This document shows, in pieces, positions 9,286 to 18,155 of a stretch of 53,108 nt of DNA. The notes under the pieces were generated by a model that saw only the letters and a program-made list of their open reading frames with translations, was not told the DNA's origin and did no database searches. Position numbers and translations under genes: made by a program. Numbering within the stretch: position 1 is the first letter of the stretch; each line of letters begins with the position of its first letter. The stretch lies in the IMG/VR virus record IMGVR_UViG_3300008267_006330, positions 1 through 53,108 of that record, one strand, 5' to 3'. The stretch comes from a virus (Duplodnaviria; Caudoviricetes).

Positions 9286-9690
9286 CTATTTGGGTTGTTG
9301 ATAAGTTTCAGTTTTGTAATTGGCCTGGCCGGCAATTACCCCTCTTACTCCACCAACAGGATCCAAGCAATCACCTTGCTTGCGTGGAATCAAATGTACA
9401 TGTGGATACATCACTGTCTGACCAGCAGCAGGACCCATGTTTAGCCCAATGTTAAATGCATCGCACTCACCACGAGCAACCATTTGTTGACCGGTAATCA
9501 GTGCTGTGCCTAGGCAAACAACAATGCCTTCGTCTGTGTTGTTGCGTGGAACAAACAACAAATGACCTTTGGTTACTGGAAAACGATCTTGGAACACCGT
9601 CACATGTTGAGTACTGAGTGCAGGAACTTCTAGATCCCAGGGTGCCACCTTGCCTTCTTGTGCGGCCTGTAGAGTTGCGTATTTGATCAT
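9286..9690 (-). CDS. HIT-family nucleotide hydrolase
   Basis: FPVTKGHLLFVP and AGQTVMYPHVHLIPR histidine triad. Confidence 0.9.
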   Translation of the reverse strand: MIKYATLQAAQEGKVAPWDLEVPALSTQHVTVFQDRFPVTKGHLLFVPRNNTDEGIVVCLGTALITGQQMVARGECDAFNIGLNMGPAAGQTVMYPHVHLIPRKQGDCLDPVGGVRGVIAGQANYKTETYQQPK

Positions 9691-10433
9691 CTTGGTGCAA
9701 AGTCCTGTTGTAGTTTGATGTTGTCGAAGAATTCTTTCTTCACGCTTTGGTCTGTTTTAAAAGCCCCGCGTAATACCGTTGTCTGGGTAAGACTACTATG
9801 AGCCATAATACCCCGATTCTCACAACATCCATGGGTAGCCTGTATATAAACTGCGACATCCTTGGTCCCGGTTGCCAGTTCAATTTCCCTAGCAATATCC
9901 ATACATAGTTCTTCTTGGAGAGTCCCACGTCGGGCACACCACTGGGCAATGCGAGTGTATTTGGATAGACCAATGAGTTTGGGGCCAGCAATGATTCCAA
10001 TATAAGCCACACCCGCAACAGGTTGGTGATGGTGGCTACACATGCTCTTAAGCTCTGAACGCACCACAAGCATACCGTCGTATGCTCCGTCCGTATCGTT
10101 CGGGAAAGCCGTAGCATTAGGGCTCGTCTCATAACGGCCAGACATGATTTCGTTGAAGTACATTTTAGCAAGACGCCTTGCTGTGCCTTTGGAGTTTGGA
10201 TCATTTTCTCTGTCAATCAATAATGCATCTAGTACACCTTCAAACGCTGTAGTGGCTTCGTCGATCAGTTGCTCTTTCATTGCGTCGTCAATATACTCGC
10301 TAACATTATCGCCAGCCCAGAATCTTTTTCCGTCACGTTTGAATTTAAAGCGAAGGTGATCGCAAACTTTGCCTAGTCCGTAACCGCCATCGCCGGCCAT
10401 TGCGTCTAGTGCTGTTTCTTTGTTATCTGTCAT
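9687..10433 (-). CDS. folE: GTP cyclohydrolase I (fused in frame to the upstream gene in this sequence)
   Basis: SMCSHHH, GLSKYTRI, LQEEL, HGCCENRG; likely native start MTDNK at 10433. Confidence 0.9.
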   Translation of the reverse strand: MTDNKETALDAMAGDGGYGLGKVCDHLRFKFKRDGKRFWAGDNVSEYIDDAMKEQLIDEATTAFEGVLDALLIDRENDPNSKGTARRLAKMYFNEIMSGRYETSPNATAFPNDTDGAYDGMLVVRSELKSMCSHHHQPVAGVAYIGIIAGPKLIGLSKYTRIAQWCARRGTLQEELCMDIAREIELATGTKDVAVYIQATHGCCENRGIMAHSSLTQTTVLRGAFKTDQSVKKEFFDNIKLQQDFAPR

Positions 10434-10946
10434 TTGAACTGCTTCTTCTGGAGTGGGCTTGTAGTGATAGCCAACTCTGAATTCTCGTTGTCCTACCCAG
10501 GGTTTGATATTTAGATCACGACCGTCATACCGCATACAAATAATTGCATCATATGCCGCTCGGTCATCTAGTATTATAGCACCACCACGGCCTATATGTA
10601 AAGGCTTGTCATGCCCAAAACTCAAACATTGCATGGTTCCGGGACGATACATATTGGGCTGAAGTTTACGAGCACTATCCCAAATACGAGTGCCTTCGAA
10701 CTTGTATTCACCGATCCATTGTTGTCTGTGTGGCAAAGAGTCAGGAAAGTAATCATACTTGATTCCTAATTTGTGCATGGTCATTGGAATGCTCAAATAA
10801 GTGTATGGGGTAAAACTACACTCCTTGATCCTATCATACCGTAAACACAGCTCGATAGCATGTGTGCAACAATCGGTCATGACAGCATACGGGGCTCCAG
10901 TAAACTTTGCTAGAGCGTCTTCAAACTGTTTGATTTTTTCGAACAT
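10434..10946 (-). pseudogene. DegT/DnrJ-like PLP-dependent aminotransferase-like gene lacking its stop, fused to folE
   Basis: FEDALAKFTGAPYAV, DCCTHA, WDSA, SFGHDKPL, GRGGAI; reads straight into FolE Met. Confidence 0.65.
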
Positions 10947-11886
10947 ACCAATTCCATGCGTGTTGTATCATTGCATCTAGATCATGATGTCTCCATGCAC
11001 CTGCCAACATATCAAACTTGGCAGGGTTTGCGGTAAGCATGGGTGGATCTCCTGGTCTTACCTCACCATACTGAATGTCAGGTGTTTTGCCAGTAACGGC
11101 TATTGCACGTTCTATTACCTGTTTAACACTGGTTCCTGAATTTGATCCAAGGTTATAGATACCCGCAGGAATCTTATAATACAGAGCCAAGGCGTGAGCC
11201 CTTGCAATATCATCCACATGCACATAATCGCGAACACAAGTTCCGTCCAGTGTGGGGTAATTGACCCCGTATATGTTGAAGGTTCCGTCATCTCTTGTGG
11301 CTTCCAAAAAACGTGCAATCAAGTGTGTGGCATCGGGCTCTTGTCCATGGCGGCCCTTAGGATCAGCACCGCAGGCGTTGAAGTAACGAAAACTAACATA
11401 GTCAAGATTATATGCCTTGCGATAGCTTTCTAAGATCATGTCGATCATGAGTTTGCTTTCGCCGTATGGACTTACAGGCAAGCAAGGATCAACTTCGTTG
11501 CAAGACCCTAAGATAGGCTCACCGTATGTGGCTGCACTGGAACTAAAAATAACTCTACAACGTGGCAAACTACGTCGAACCACATCCAACAACTTTAGAG
11601 TTTTAACCACATTGTTATTGTAGTATTCGCTAGGATCCTGCATACTTGGCCCAACAAGGCTAGTGCCAGCGCAGTGAATGATAGCATTGGGTTGTTTGCT
11701 GATAATCCAGCTCAGTGCCACATCGCTGGCAAAGTCTTGGAACAAAAACTTATCACAAACGCCTTGTAAATGACTTGGTGGTTGTCTGCGGTCGATACCG
11801 TAGACTTCGTGCCCTGTGTCTTTCAACAACAGGGCAGTTTGTCCTCCAATGTATCCGGCTGAGCCGGTGACAATTACCACACTCAT
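10921..11886 (-). CDS. galE: UDP-glucose 4-epimerase
   Basis: TGSAGYIG, SSSAATYG, YGESK, RYFNACGA, DGTCVRDYVHV. Confidence 0.9.
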   Translation of the reverse strand: MSVVIVTGSAGYIGGQTALLLKDTGHEVYGIDRRQPPSHLQGVCDKFLFQDFASDVALSWIISKQPNAIIHCAGTSLVGPSMQDPSEYYNNNVVKTLKLLDVVRRSLPRCRVIFSSSAATYGEPILGSCNEVDPCLPVSPYGESKLMIDMILESYRKAYNLDYVSFRYFNACGADPKGRHGQEPDATHLIARFLEATRDDGTFNIYGVNYPTLDGTCVRDYVHVDDIARAHALALYYKIPAGIYNLGSNSGTSVKQVIERAIAVTGKTPDIQYGEVRPGDPPMLTANPAKFDMLAGAWRHHDLDAMIQHAWNWYVRKNQTV

Positions 11887-13060
11887 TTTTCTATTTTGAC
11901 CACTTGATATTTTTCATGCGGCACATGATCTCGGTAGCGAGGGCCCGAACGATCCCACTGAGTACCTTGACCGGTAATAATATCAATAATCCGATCAACA
12001 GTCCCATTGTTCCAATCACTAATAAGCCCCATGTTGTGATGAGGAGTCTGCAAAAGATTACACATTTTGTGATAGGCATCGTCTATGCTCCATGGTACGT
12101 AAAGACGGTTGGGGTCATTAGCAAAGGTTTCAGGGAACGAACGGTACGCTGGATACAATACATTACATCCAAGAGTATCGGCCTCTGATACGGTGTTTGA
12201 AACCCAATCTTGTAAAGCACAATTAAACAACACACGAGTGTTGTTGAGATGAGCATAGTATTCATTCTTGCTTATGTTGTCGTAGATTTTGAGTTTGCCT
12301 TGTGCCTCCATACGGCGGGCACGTTCAATATACTCTGGATTGTTGGATCGCAAAGGTCCGCCACTGTATATTGCAAACTCACACGGTTCGCTGGTGAGTT
12401 CGCCATACATTTCAATGAGGTCCATAAAGAAGCCCGGTTGTTTCTCTTGATCGAATCGAGCTGCAAAACCCACCCTCCGGGGACGGCTATTAAACGGTTG
12501 GATTTTTTCTTGGCCGCCAATGCGTTCAAGAACTTCTTCTTTTCCAAATGCAAGGCCGGAAATGTTGTAGATCGGAGCAGTCCAACCAGCGATTCGCATA
12601 TGGGCAACCATCTCCTCGTTAGTAGCAAGGACTCCTGTAACAAAGTGATTGACCATTTTTTCATAAGTGCTCATCCATCCTGCCATGCCCCAGACATGTA
12701 CAAAGTCATCAGGATCGATGGCCTGTGCCAAGCAACGTACCCATACCTGTGGGCGTTGTTCTGCAGGAATCTGATCCATGATATAAGGTAATGACTCAAT
12801 GCCAGGTTGGAACATGTCTTCAAAGTAAACAACATCCTCGCCTGTGACTTCACCGTTTTTCATGAGCTGAACCAAGTTCATCATCTGGCTCATGCCAAAG
12901 TAACTGCGACCATGTGCGTCTAGTACTTGTCCTACTGAGATGGCTTGTGTGTTGTCAATAGTGGTACCTGGGACATAAACAACGTCAAGACCTCTGCGGT
13001 CAAACACACGTCGGTTCCACTCTGTTAGTTGTAGTGTGTAACGGGCTTCGTAGCTCTCCC
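11883..13060 (-). CDS. GT-B fold glycosyltransferase; native start apparently deleted
   Basis: FAARFDQEKQP and ALQDWVSNTVSEA GT-B-like motifs; frame entered from the cytochrome gene with no ATG or RBS. Confidence 0.7.
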
Positions 13061-13290
13061 GGCATGGGTACCTGACCCCATACTCCTGCACCACCGGCTC
13101 GAATCTTCTTGGCAATTTTATCTACAGCATCTGCTTGTCCACGGTATTTGGCAGCAACATCTTTGTATGCTGGCCCAACTATTTTTTTGTCCACAGCATG
13201 GCAGGCCATACAGTTGTTTTTCTTCAGCAACGCATCATCGGCAAATGCTGTGTTGGCAACTAAGGCCAGAACGACAATTAATGTTTTCAT
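13061..13290 (-). pseudogene. cytochrome c551/c552-type class I cytochrome c, C-terminal helix missing
   Basis: Signal peptide, CMACH heme motif, VGPAY, GVWGQVPMP axial Met, then an out-of-frame tail. Confidence 0.85.
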
Positions 13291-13302
13291 TGTATTTTCC
13301 TT

Positions 13303-13524
13303 TTAAAATCTAGTGGATAGGCGACGAGCGTCTTCACTCCACATGTTCTTGGCATTCTTACCTTGATGCCATTTGTTAAACTGTTGCCATGCATAACTCT
13401 TGAAGTTATACAGGTCCGACTCGTTGTAACGATACCCGTAGTCTTGACAAAACTCCAAGAACACTTCAAGATCGTTGAAGATCTCAGCAACACGGGGATT
13501 GGGTTTGAACGATGGCTTGGCCAT
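13303..13524 (-). CDS. hypothetical phage protein
   Basis: AAGGA RBS; 73 aa. Confidence 0.7.
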   Translation of the reverse strand: MAKPSFKPNPRVAEIFNDLEVFLEFCQDYGYRYNESDLYNFKSYAWQQFNKWHQGKNAKNMWSEDARRLSTRF

Positions 13525-13533
13525 TTTATTTCC

Positions 13534-13986
13534 TTAAATTTTAATTGACAGACTAGGGCGAGAAAGTTCATACTTGATTAAGGCACCGTTCTCACCATCT
13601 TCGGAGACCTCAATCCACACTGCACGGTCAGGATACCGACCAGCAATTTCTGTGTACAAGTCATCAGCCATCATTTCACAACTTTTGTGATCAAGTTGCA
13701 GGATGCCGTCCTTGTACAAATTTTCTAACCAACGTTTGAATTGAATAAACTCAATGTCACGATCGTTATGAATTACATCAATCCACACTCTAAAGTGAAA
13801 TATATGACGATGTGGGGTGCCAAGAAAACTCACATCATATTCGTCTCCGGTGGCCAGGGCAGTATCAGTGGCCGCCGCAGGATAACAATGGATGCCTTCT
13901 TTACGGAACGTGACCCAAATTTTACGTTCCGCCTGGCTCATGATTCGCTCACGCTGTTCTGTTAGTGCTTGATCTCGTTGGTTCAT
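13534..13986 (-). CDS. dpdL: QueD-paralog T-fold protein, DpdL-like (putative CDG decarboxylase)
   Basis: FLGTPHRHIF fits LxxxHRHxF; also RDIEFI, SCEMMA, VSEDGENG; deazaguanine gene context. Confidence 0.7.
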   Translation of the reverse strand: MNQRDQALTEQRERIMSQAERKIWVTFRKEGIHCYPAAATDTALATGDEYDVSFLGTPHRHIFHFRVWIDVIHNDRDIEFIQFKRWLENLYKDGILQLDHKSCEMMADDLYTEIAGRYPDRAVWIEVSEDGENGALIKYELSRPSLSIKI

Positions 13987-14381
13987 GATTTTAGTGCCTC
14001 CAAGGTTATAATTTTTCCAATCTCTGCACCAATGTCTTGGTCTCCAGCAATCACATGCAATTCATACACACTGTCACCTGTGCGGCGATCATTGCGACGA
14101 GTTTCAATCACTGTGCCGCCATTGGCACGATACACTTCAAATCTAATACCGTTGGCACTGATTCTAACTTCGTCTTTTTCTTGAATACAGATATCTTCTT
14201 CATGACGATCAGTCATGCCCCAGGTGATCAAACCTCTGATCATTCTTTTAAACATATTGGGTCCTTTTGTTTGTTGTTTTCTTACTGGCGTTACTGAGGT
14301 AGTAGAGTTGCCATAGATTTGATTCATCTTATGCCGTTTGGAACTGGACTTGGCGCCCAGGATTGCTGGATATGTTGCCAT
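13983..14381 (-). CDS. hypothetical protein
   Basis: 132 aa, coupled to both neighbours. Confidence 0.65.
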   Translation of the reverse strand: MATYPAILGAKSSSKRHKMNQIYGNSTTSVTPVRKQQTKGPNMFKRMIRGLITWGMTDRHEEDICIQEKDEVRISANGIRFEVYRANGGTVIETRRNDRRTGDSVYELHVIAGDQDIGAEIGKIITLEALKS

Positions 14382-14908
14382 TAGACGGTGGAATCCTCAC
14401 GGTAATCATCCCACGATGTAAATGTTCTTCGACTCATTAGGCTGTGTAGACTGTGACACCAAACGCCGGGATTTGTAGCGTCAAAGTCTTTGTCATCTAT
14501 TTTTAACATTGTATTATAATTCCACAGCTTTGTATACGGTATGCTTACTCGAATCTGTGGAATAAAGTTTCTGTAATCACACAGTGGGCCGTCGTTAAAC
14601 TCTTCCACATGAGTGACAGGAATGTCCAGACTACACAGGTGACCATCACCTAGGAATGGTTCAATCATGCTTTCCCAACGTTGCCACTCTAGTCTGTTGG
14701 CAGGATGAAAACTGTGATTGGCACCAAAGAAGATGTGCTCGATGTGCTTGGATTTGTCTGTGTACGAATTGTTTTCGGCTAGTAGTCTAACAATTTCTGT
14801 CAAGGGCTGGATACCCACAACAAACAAAGTTCTCTTGCCAAATGCTGGTGTACGTTCTACTTCGGTGCCTACAAAAAAGTCGACATTTTCGTGTTTAGGT
14901 CTGTTCAT
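14381..14908 (-). CDS. hypothetical protein linked to the DpdA-like gene
   Basis: 175 aa overlapping the dpdA stop; HIFFGANHSF and NPGVWCHSLH motifs. Confidence 0.7.
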   Translation of the reverse strand: MNRPKHENVDFFVGTEVERTPAFGKRTLFVVGIQPLTEIVRLLAENNSYTDKSKHIEHIFFGANHSFHPANRLEWQRWESMIEPFLGDGHLCSLDIPVTHVEEFNDGPLCDYRNFIPQIRVSIPYTKLWNYNTMLKIDDKDFDATNPGVWCHSLHSLMSRRTFTSWDDYREDSTV

Positions 14909-16457
14909 GCTCTAATTGATCTAATGCTGATGTGTCTAATTGTACACTATCATCATTTGGTTGTACAGTCTCAGTTTCTTCGAATTCAAACAATGCATTG
15001 AATTGTGTGCGAGCGTTTTTGGTTTTCTTGCCTTTGAACCCTCGTGTGCCCACAATCTCCATCCAATATGTGTCATATGCTTCGATAATAGCGTCAGCAG
15101 TCTCTCGATCTGGTGCCGCAAAGATTGCTTCCACAATGTCTTCAAACTTGGCATAGTCACCAGTACTTCGGCGCATCATAGCAGGATGTTCTCCAGCATC
15201 AAAACGTCGATTGGCTTCTTGTACCGCAGTCAAGTGCATCCAAACATTATGCCCCATCAGCAATGCATATGAGAATGAATCCCAGGATGTCTTGCCTTCT
15301 TTGCCAATCTTATTTAGATCGCCGGGCTTGTAGATGCAAATATCTTTCATCTTGAGCAGATCACTGATTGGTGAATCTTCCCAGCGTGGATAGATGCCGT
15401 CTGCTACTACGCCTGTTCCCCACTTGCGTGTGTCTGTGGAATATTTTTTGTCGTCGGCCGAAGGAGCCATGCGATACGACCACTTGGAGTCGTGTTCAAA
15501 GACATTTTCAAAGTAGACCTGTCCGTTTGCTGTTGCAAGGAATGGACTGGCACAGTCAAACGAGATTGTGAATTGCGGATTGACATATTTTCTTACGGCC
15601 CTTTGAATTACAGTTAATAAAACAGCCCACTCCAGCTTGGATGTACCCAAGAAGTGCATCCAATCATGCCGGCCTTCTTGAAGTAAATTATCATAGCGTA
15701 AGGCTACCAGTCTGCGAAGCACCAAGTGTACATCACACATGTTCTGTCCGCCCATTGACCAACCATTGAAGTGCGTATCTGGATATTTGACAGGATCGCA
15801 GTATTCCTTCATGGTTTCATACCATTGGTCTGCTGACGTATGGTTGTCGCCTTGCAACACGTTCAAGAACTTGGCACCACCATTCTCTACACCTTTGCGG
15901 TGTTTCATGAAGTACTCGTTGTTGAACTTGGTAGCGTCTACTGCTTCTTGTAGTGTGGTGATCTGACATGCGGCGCTGGCTTTCTTGTCGTGAATAACCC
16001 AAGTTGGAATATCCAAGATCATACCGTAGTCTGCCACATTGTCCAACCAGTTTAGAATGAGTTCTCGCTTTTTTTGGGCCTTAGGACAACCAGAGTTGGC
16101 CTTCCAATCTCCTTCCCAAAGTCCCTTAGCAATCTGAAAGCCGCCCGAGTCTCCCAATATAAAAGTCCCAGGCTCCCGGTTTCGTACCATATCCTCTGAC
16201 CAATCCTGCTTTGAGAGATCGAGGTTAGCATGGCCTCCTGAGTAGAGTGACCACTTGTACGGGAAAAGAGCTTTGTTGGAGTTGAGCCAATTAAGTTGCT
16301 CCATATCAGTAAGACCCTGAGGAAGTCGAGCCGGATCCACATATGGTTCATTTCTTTGCTTGCCTATAAAAGTAGCATAGAATCCGCTGATGGCCGGAAG
16401 GAATACAGCGTAGTCGTTTTGCTTGGCAGTTAGATTGTCTTGAACTGGCTCAGTCAT
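14895..16457 (-). CDS. dpdA: TGT-fold DNA-guanine transglycosylase (DpdA-like)
   Basis: GDSGGFQI, LDIP, NVLQG, HFLG, SFDCASP TGT motifs; co-located with folE/queD/queE. Confidence 0.75.
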   Translation of the reverse strand: MTEPVQDNLTAKQNDYAVFLPAISGFYATFIGKQRNEPYVDPARLPQGLTDMEQLNWLNSNKALFPYKWSLYSGGHANLDLSKQDWSEDMVRNREPGTFILGDSGGFQIAKGLWEGDWKANSGCPKAQKKRELILNWLDNVADYGMILDIPTWVIHDKKASAACQITTLQEAVDATKFNNEYFMKHRKGVENGGAKFLNVLQGDNHTSADQWYETMKEYCDPVKYPDTHFNGWSMGGQNMCDVHLVLRRLVALRYDNLLQEGRHDWMHFLGTSKLEWAVLLTVIQRAVRKYVNPQFTISFDCASPFLATANGQVYFENVFEHDSKWSYRMAPSADDKKYSTDTRKWGTGVVADGIYPRWEDSPISDLLKMKDICIYKPGDLNKIGKEGKTSWDSFSYALLMGHNVWMHLTAVQEANRRFDAGEHPAMMRRSTGDYAKFEDIVEAIFAAPDRETADAIIEAYDTYWMEIVGTRGFKGKKTKNARTQFNALFEFEETETVQPNDDSVQLDTSALDQLEHEQT

Positions 16458-17179
16458 TACTTGCTTTGTGCTGGCAATAGATATTGATATACTGCTAATC
16501 CAGAATCCACAGTGATCTCTGCGGCACCATCGTCCGAGATGCGCACTTTCTTGTCACCAGTCAAGTCCATGATGCTCACAAACTGTTTGGCAGGCCAAGA
16601 CCATGCACGTTTCAATTGACCACTCACACCTGGATGGAACACAAAGTTACCTGAGTGGGTTGAGTGATCACCAAAGAAGAACTTGAGATCACCGCCATCA
16701 GTTTTGGCCTGGAAGTTGGCTTCTTCTGCGTTGGCACTCATTTGCCACTTCAGTCGCTGAATTGCGGCATTGGTTGGTTCAAATTCAATGTGCCAGGTCA
16801 CAGGACGAATCTTGGCTGTCTTCAACTTTTCGTTCACAATGCCTGAAGCCATGAAACGATAGTTGTTCTTGAAGTCGCCAATTTTGTTTTCAAATGTAAT
16901 GCCATCTGGCTCACCGTCAGCACGTTTTGTAATAGTGAGCTTGGCATCTTCTTTGTACTCTTGCAAATTCAGCAAGGTCTTTAGTTTGCCCAAATTAGGC
17001 ATACCAAATGTGCCCACAAAGTCTGCCACAGGATTGTGGAAGTTGCCGCGAATGACCACGCTCAAATCTTCTGCCAAGCCAACGATTTCGCTCTTGCTGG
17101 TGTCACCAACAATTTTAACTAAATCAATACAACCAAGGTCGTAAGTGTGTTCTACCAAGTCTAACAAGTAATCTCTCAT
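16457..17179 (-). CDS. DNA polymerase sliding clamp (gp45-like)
   Basis: 240 aa, FGMPNL segment, C-terminal YxYLLPA, near polB; strong AGGAG RBS. Confidence 0.6.
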   Translation of the reverse strand: MRDYLLDLVEHTYDLGCIDLVKIVGDTSKSEIVGLAEDLSVVIRGNFHNPVADFVGTFGMPNLGKLKTLLNLQEYKEDAKLTITKRADGEPDGITFENKIGDFKNNYRFMASGIVNEKLKTAKIRPVTWHIEFEPTNAAIQRLKWQMSANAEEANFQAKTDGGDLKFFFGDHSTHSGNFVFHPGVSGQLKRAWSWPAKQFVSIMDLTGDKKVRISDDGAAEITVDSGLAVYQYLLPAQSK

Positions 17180-17198
17180 AAGTTTCTCCTAAGTTTAA

Positions 17199-17227
17199 AG
17201 TATACAGGGTTTATTGTGAATTTGCAA
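17199..17227 (-). promoter_or_regulatory. sigma70-type promoter for the clamp-dpdA operon
   Basis: TTGCAA-17 nt-TATACT. Confidence 0.6.
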
Positions 17228-18155
17228 CAATTTTGGCTAGAGTCTGCCCGCCTCGCAAGGATGTGATCTCTCCAGGCTTGCGGAACTCCAGCCAACTGAC
17301 ATCGCCGGCACCGTCGTGTTCAAAATCGCACTCAAAGCCTACAGACTCTGCATGTGCCACAATGAGTTTTTTGGGAGTGTAGCACATGAACCCACGTTCT
17401 ACTAGGCCAACTCCTTGTGCTCGATCACAGTTGTTGTAGGTCATGATCAAAGTACCACCCGGGCGCATGACGCCAAACAATTCAGTTATGTACTGACGTA
17501 TGATTTCAATTGGTTTGAAGTTGAAAAAATTGTAAGCAAATATCAACCCAAACTGACCTTGTGGTAACTTGGTAAAGTATGCCTGATTGGCTCGATCGCT
17601 GATTACATACTGTCTCAATCTTCGTTGATACTCGGGAGTAAAATTTGCAATACTAGGTTCAAACAATTCTTCATGATGATCCACTAGGTACAAAGGATCA
17701 AGTGGCACCATGTCTTCAATAAAATTTTCACGACCTGGCCTTAAAATCATGCCAGGTACCCGCCAATCGCTAAGATTTCTTAAATGACTGCGCAATAATA
17801 TATTGCTTTCTCCATCAATTGCTAGTCTACGATTGAGAATATACAAGTTGGTTTCATGCGGCATGTCATGATTGAACAACCTTAGGCTTTCCCTAAAATA
17901 TTCTGGTTCCTGACTGGCAACTTCATCCAGCAATCGCTGTCGCAGTTGATCTAGAGTTGAAGCAAATGCCTCGACTCCGTTTTTGATATTGACAAAATCT
18001 TGGTCAAGTGTTTGACTCAGTTTCTTAAACTGTAATTCATGATGTGTAACCACATGTAGAATACTGTCCAATACTCGCACAGCTTCGCGACACTCAGAAT
18101 CCATACTCAATGAGTCTAGTAAATTTATGTAAGCAACAATTTGTTGTAGTTTCAT
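17211..18155 (-). CDS. coiled-coil plus class I SAM methyltransferase-like protein
   Basis: FGLIFAYNFF...MRPGGTLIMTY in the C-terminal half. Confidence 0.55.
   Translation of the reverse strand: MKLQQIVAYINLLDSLSMDSECREAVRVLDSILHVVTHHELQFKKLSQTLDQDFVNIKNGVEAFASTLDQLRQRLLDEVASQEPEYFRESLRLFNHDMPHETNLYILNRRLAIDGESNILLRSHLRNLSDWRVPGMILRPGRENFIEDMVPLDPLYLVDHHEELFEPSIANFTPEYQRRLRQYVISDRANQAYFTKLPQGQFGLIFAYNFFNFKPIEIIRQYITELFGVMRPGGTLIMTYNNCDRAQGVGLVERGFMCYTPKKLIVAHAESVGFECDFEHDGAGDVSWLEFRKPGEITSLRGGQTLAKIVANSQ

Noticed and set aside
13061-13115. ORF-track start of the glycosyltransferase (MPRRFEPVV)
   Set aside because: Alternative frame of cytochrome c coding sequence upstream of the deletion junction
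14895-16457. Host-type tRNA-guanine transglycosylase (tgt)
   Set aside because: No C-terminal CxCxxC zinc site seen; sits next to clamp and polymerase with deazaguanine genes, so DNA-acting DpdA is more plausible though unproven
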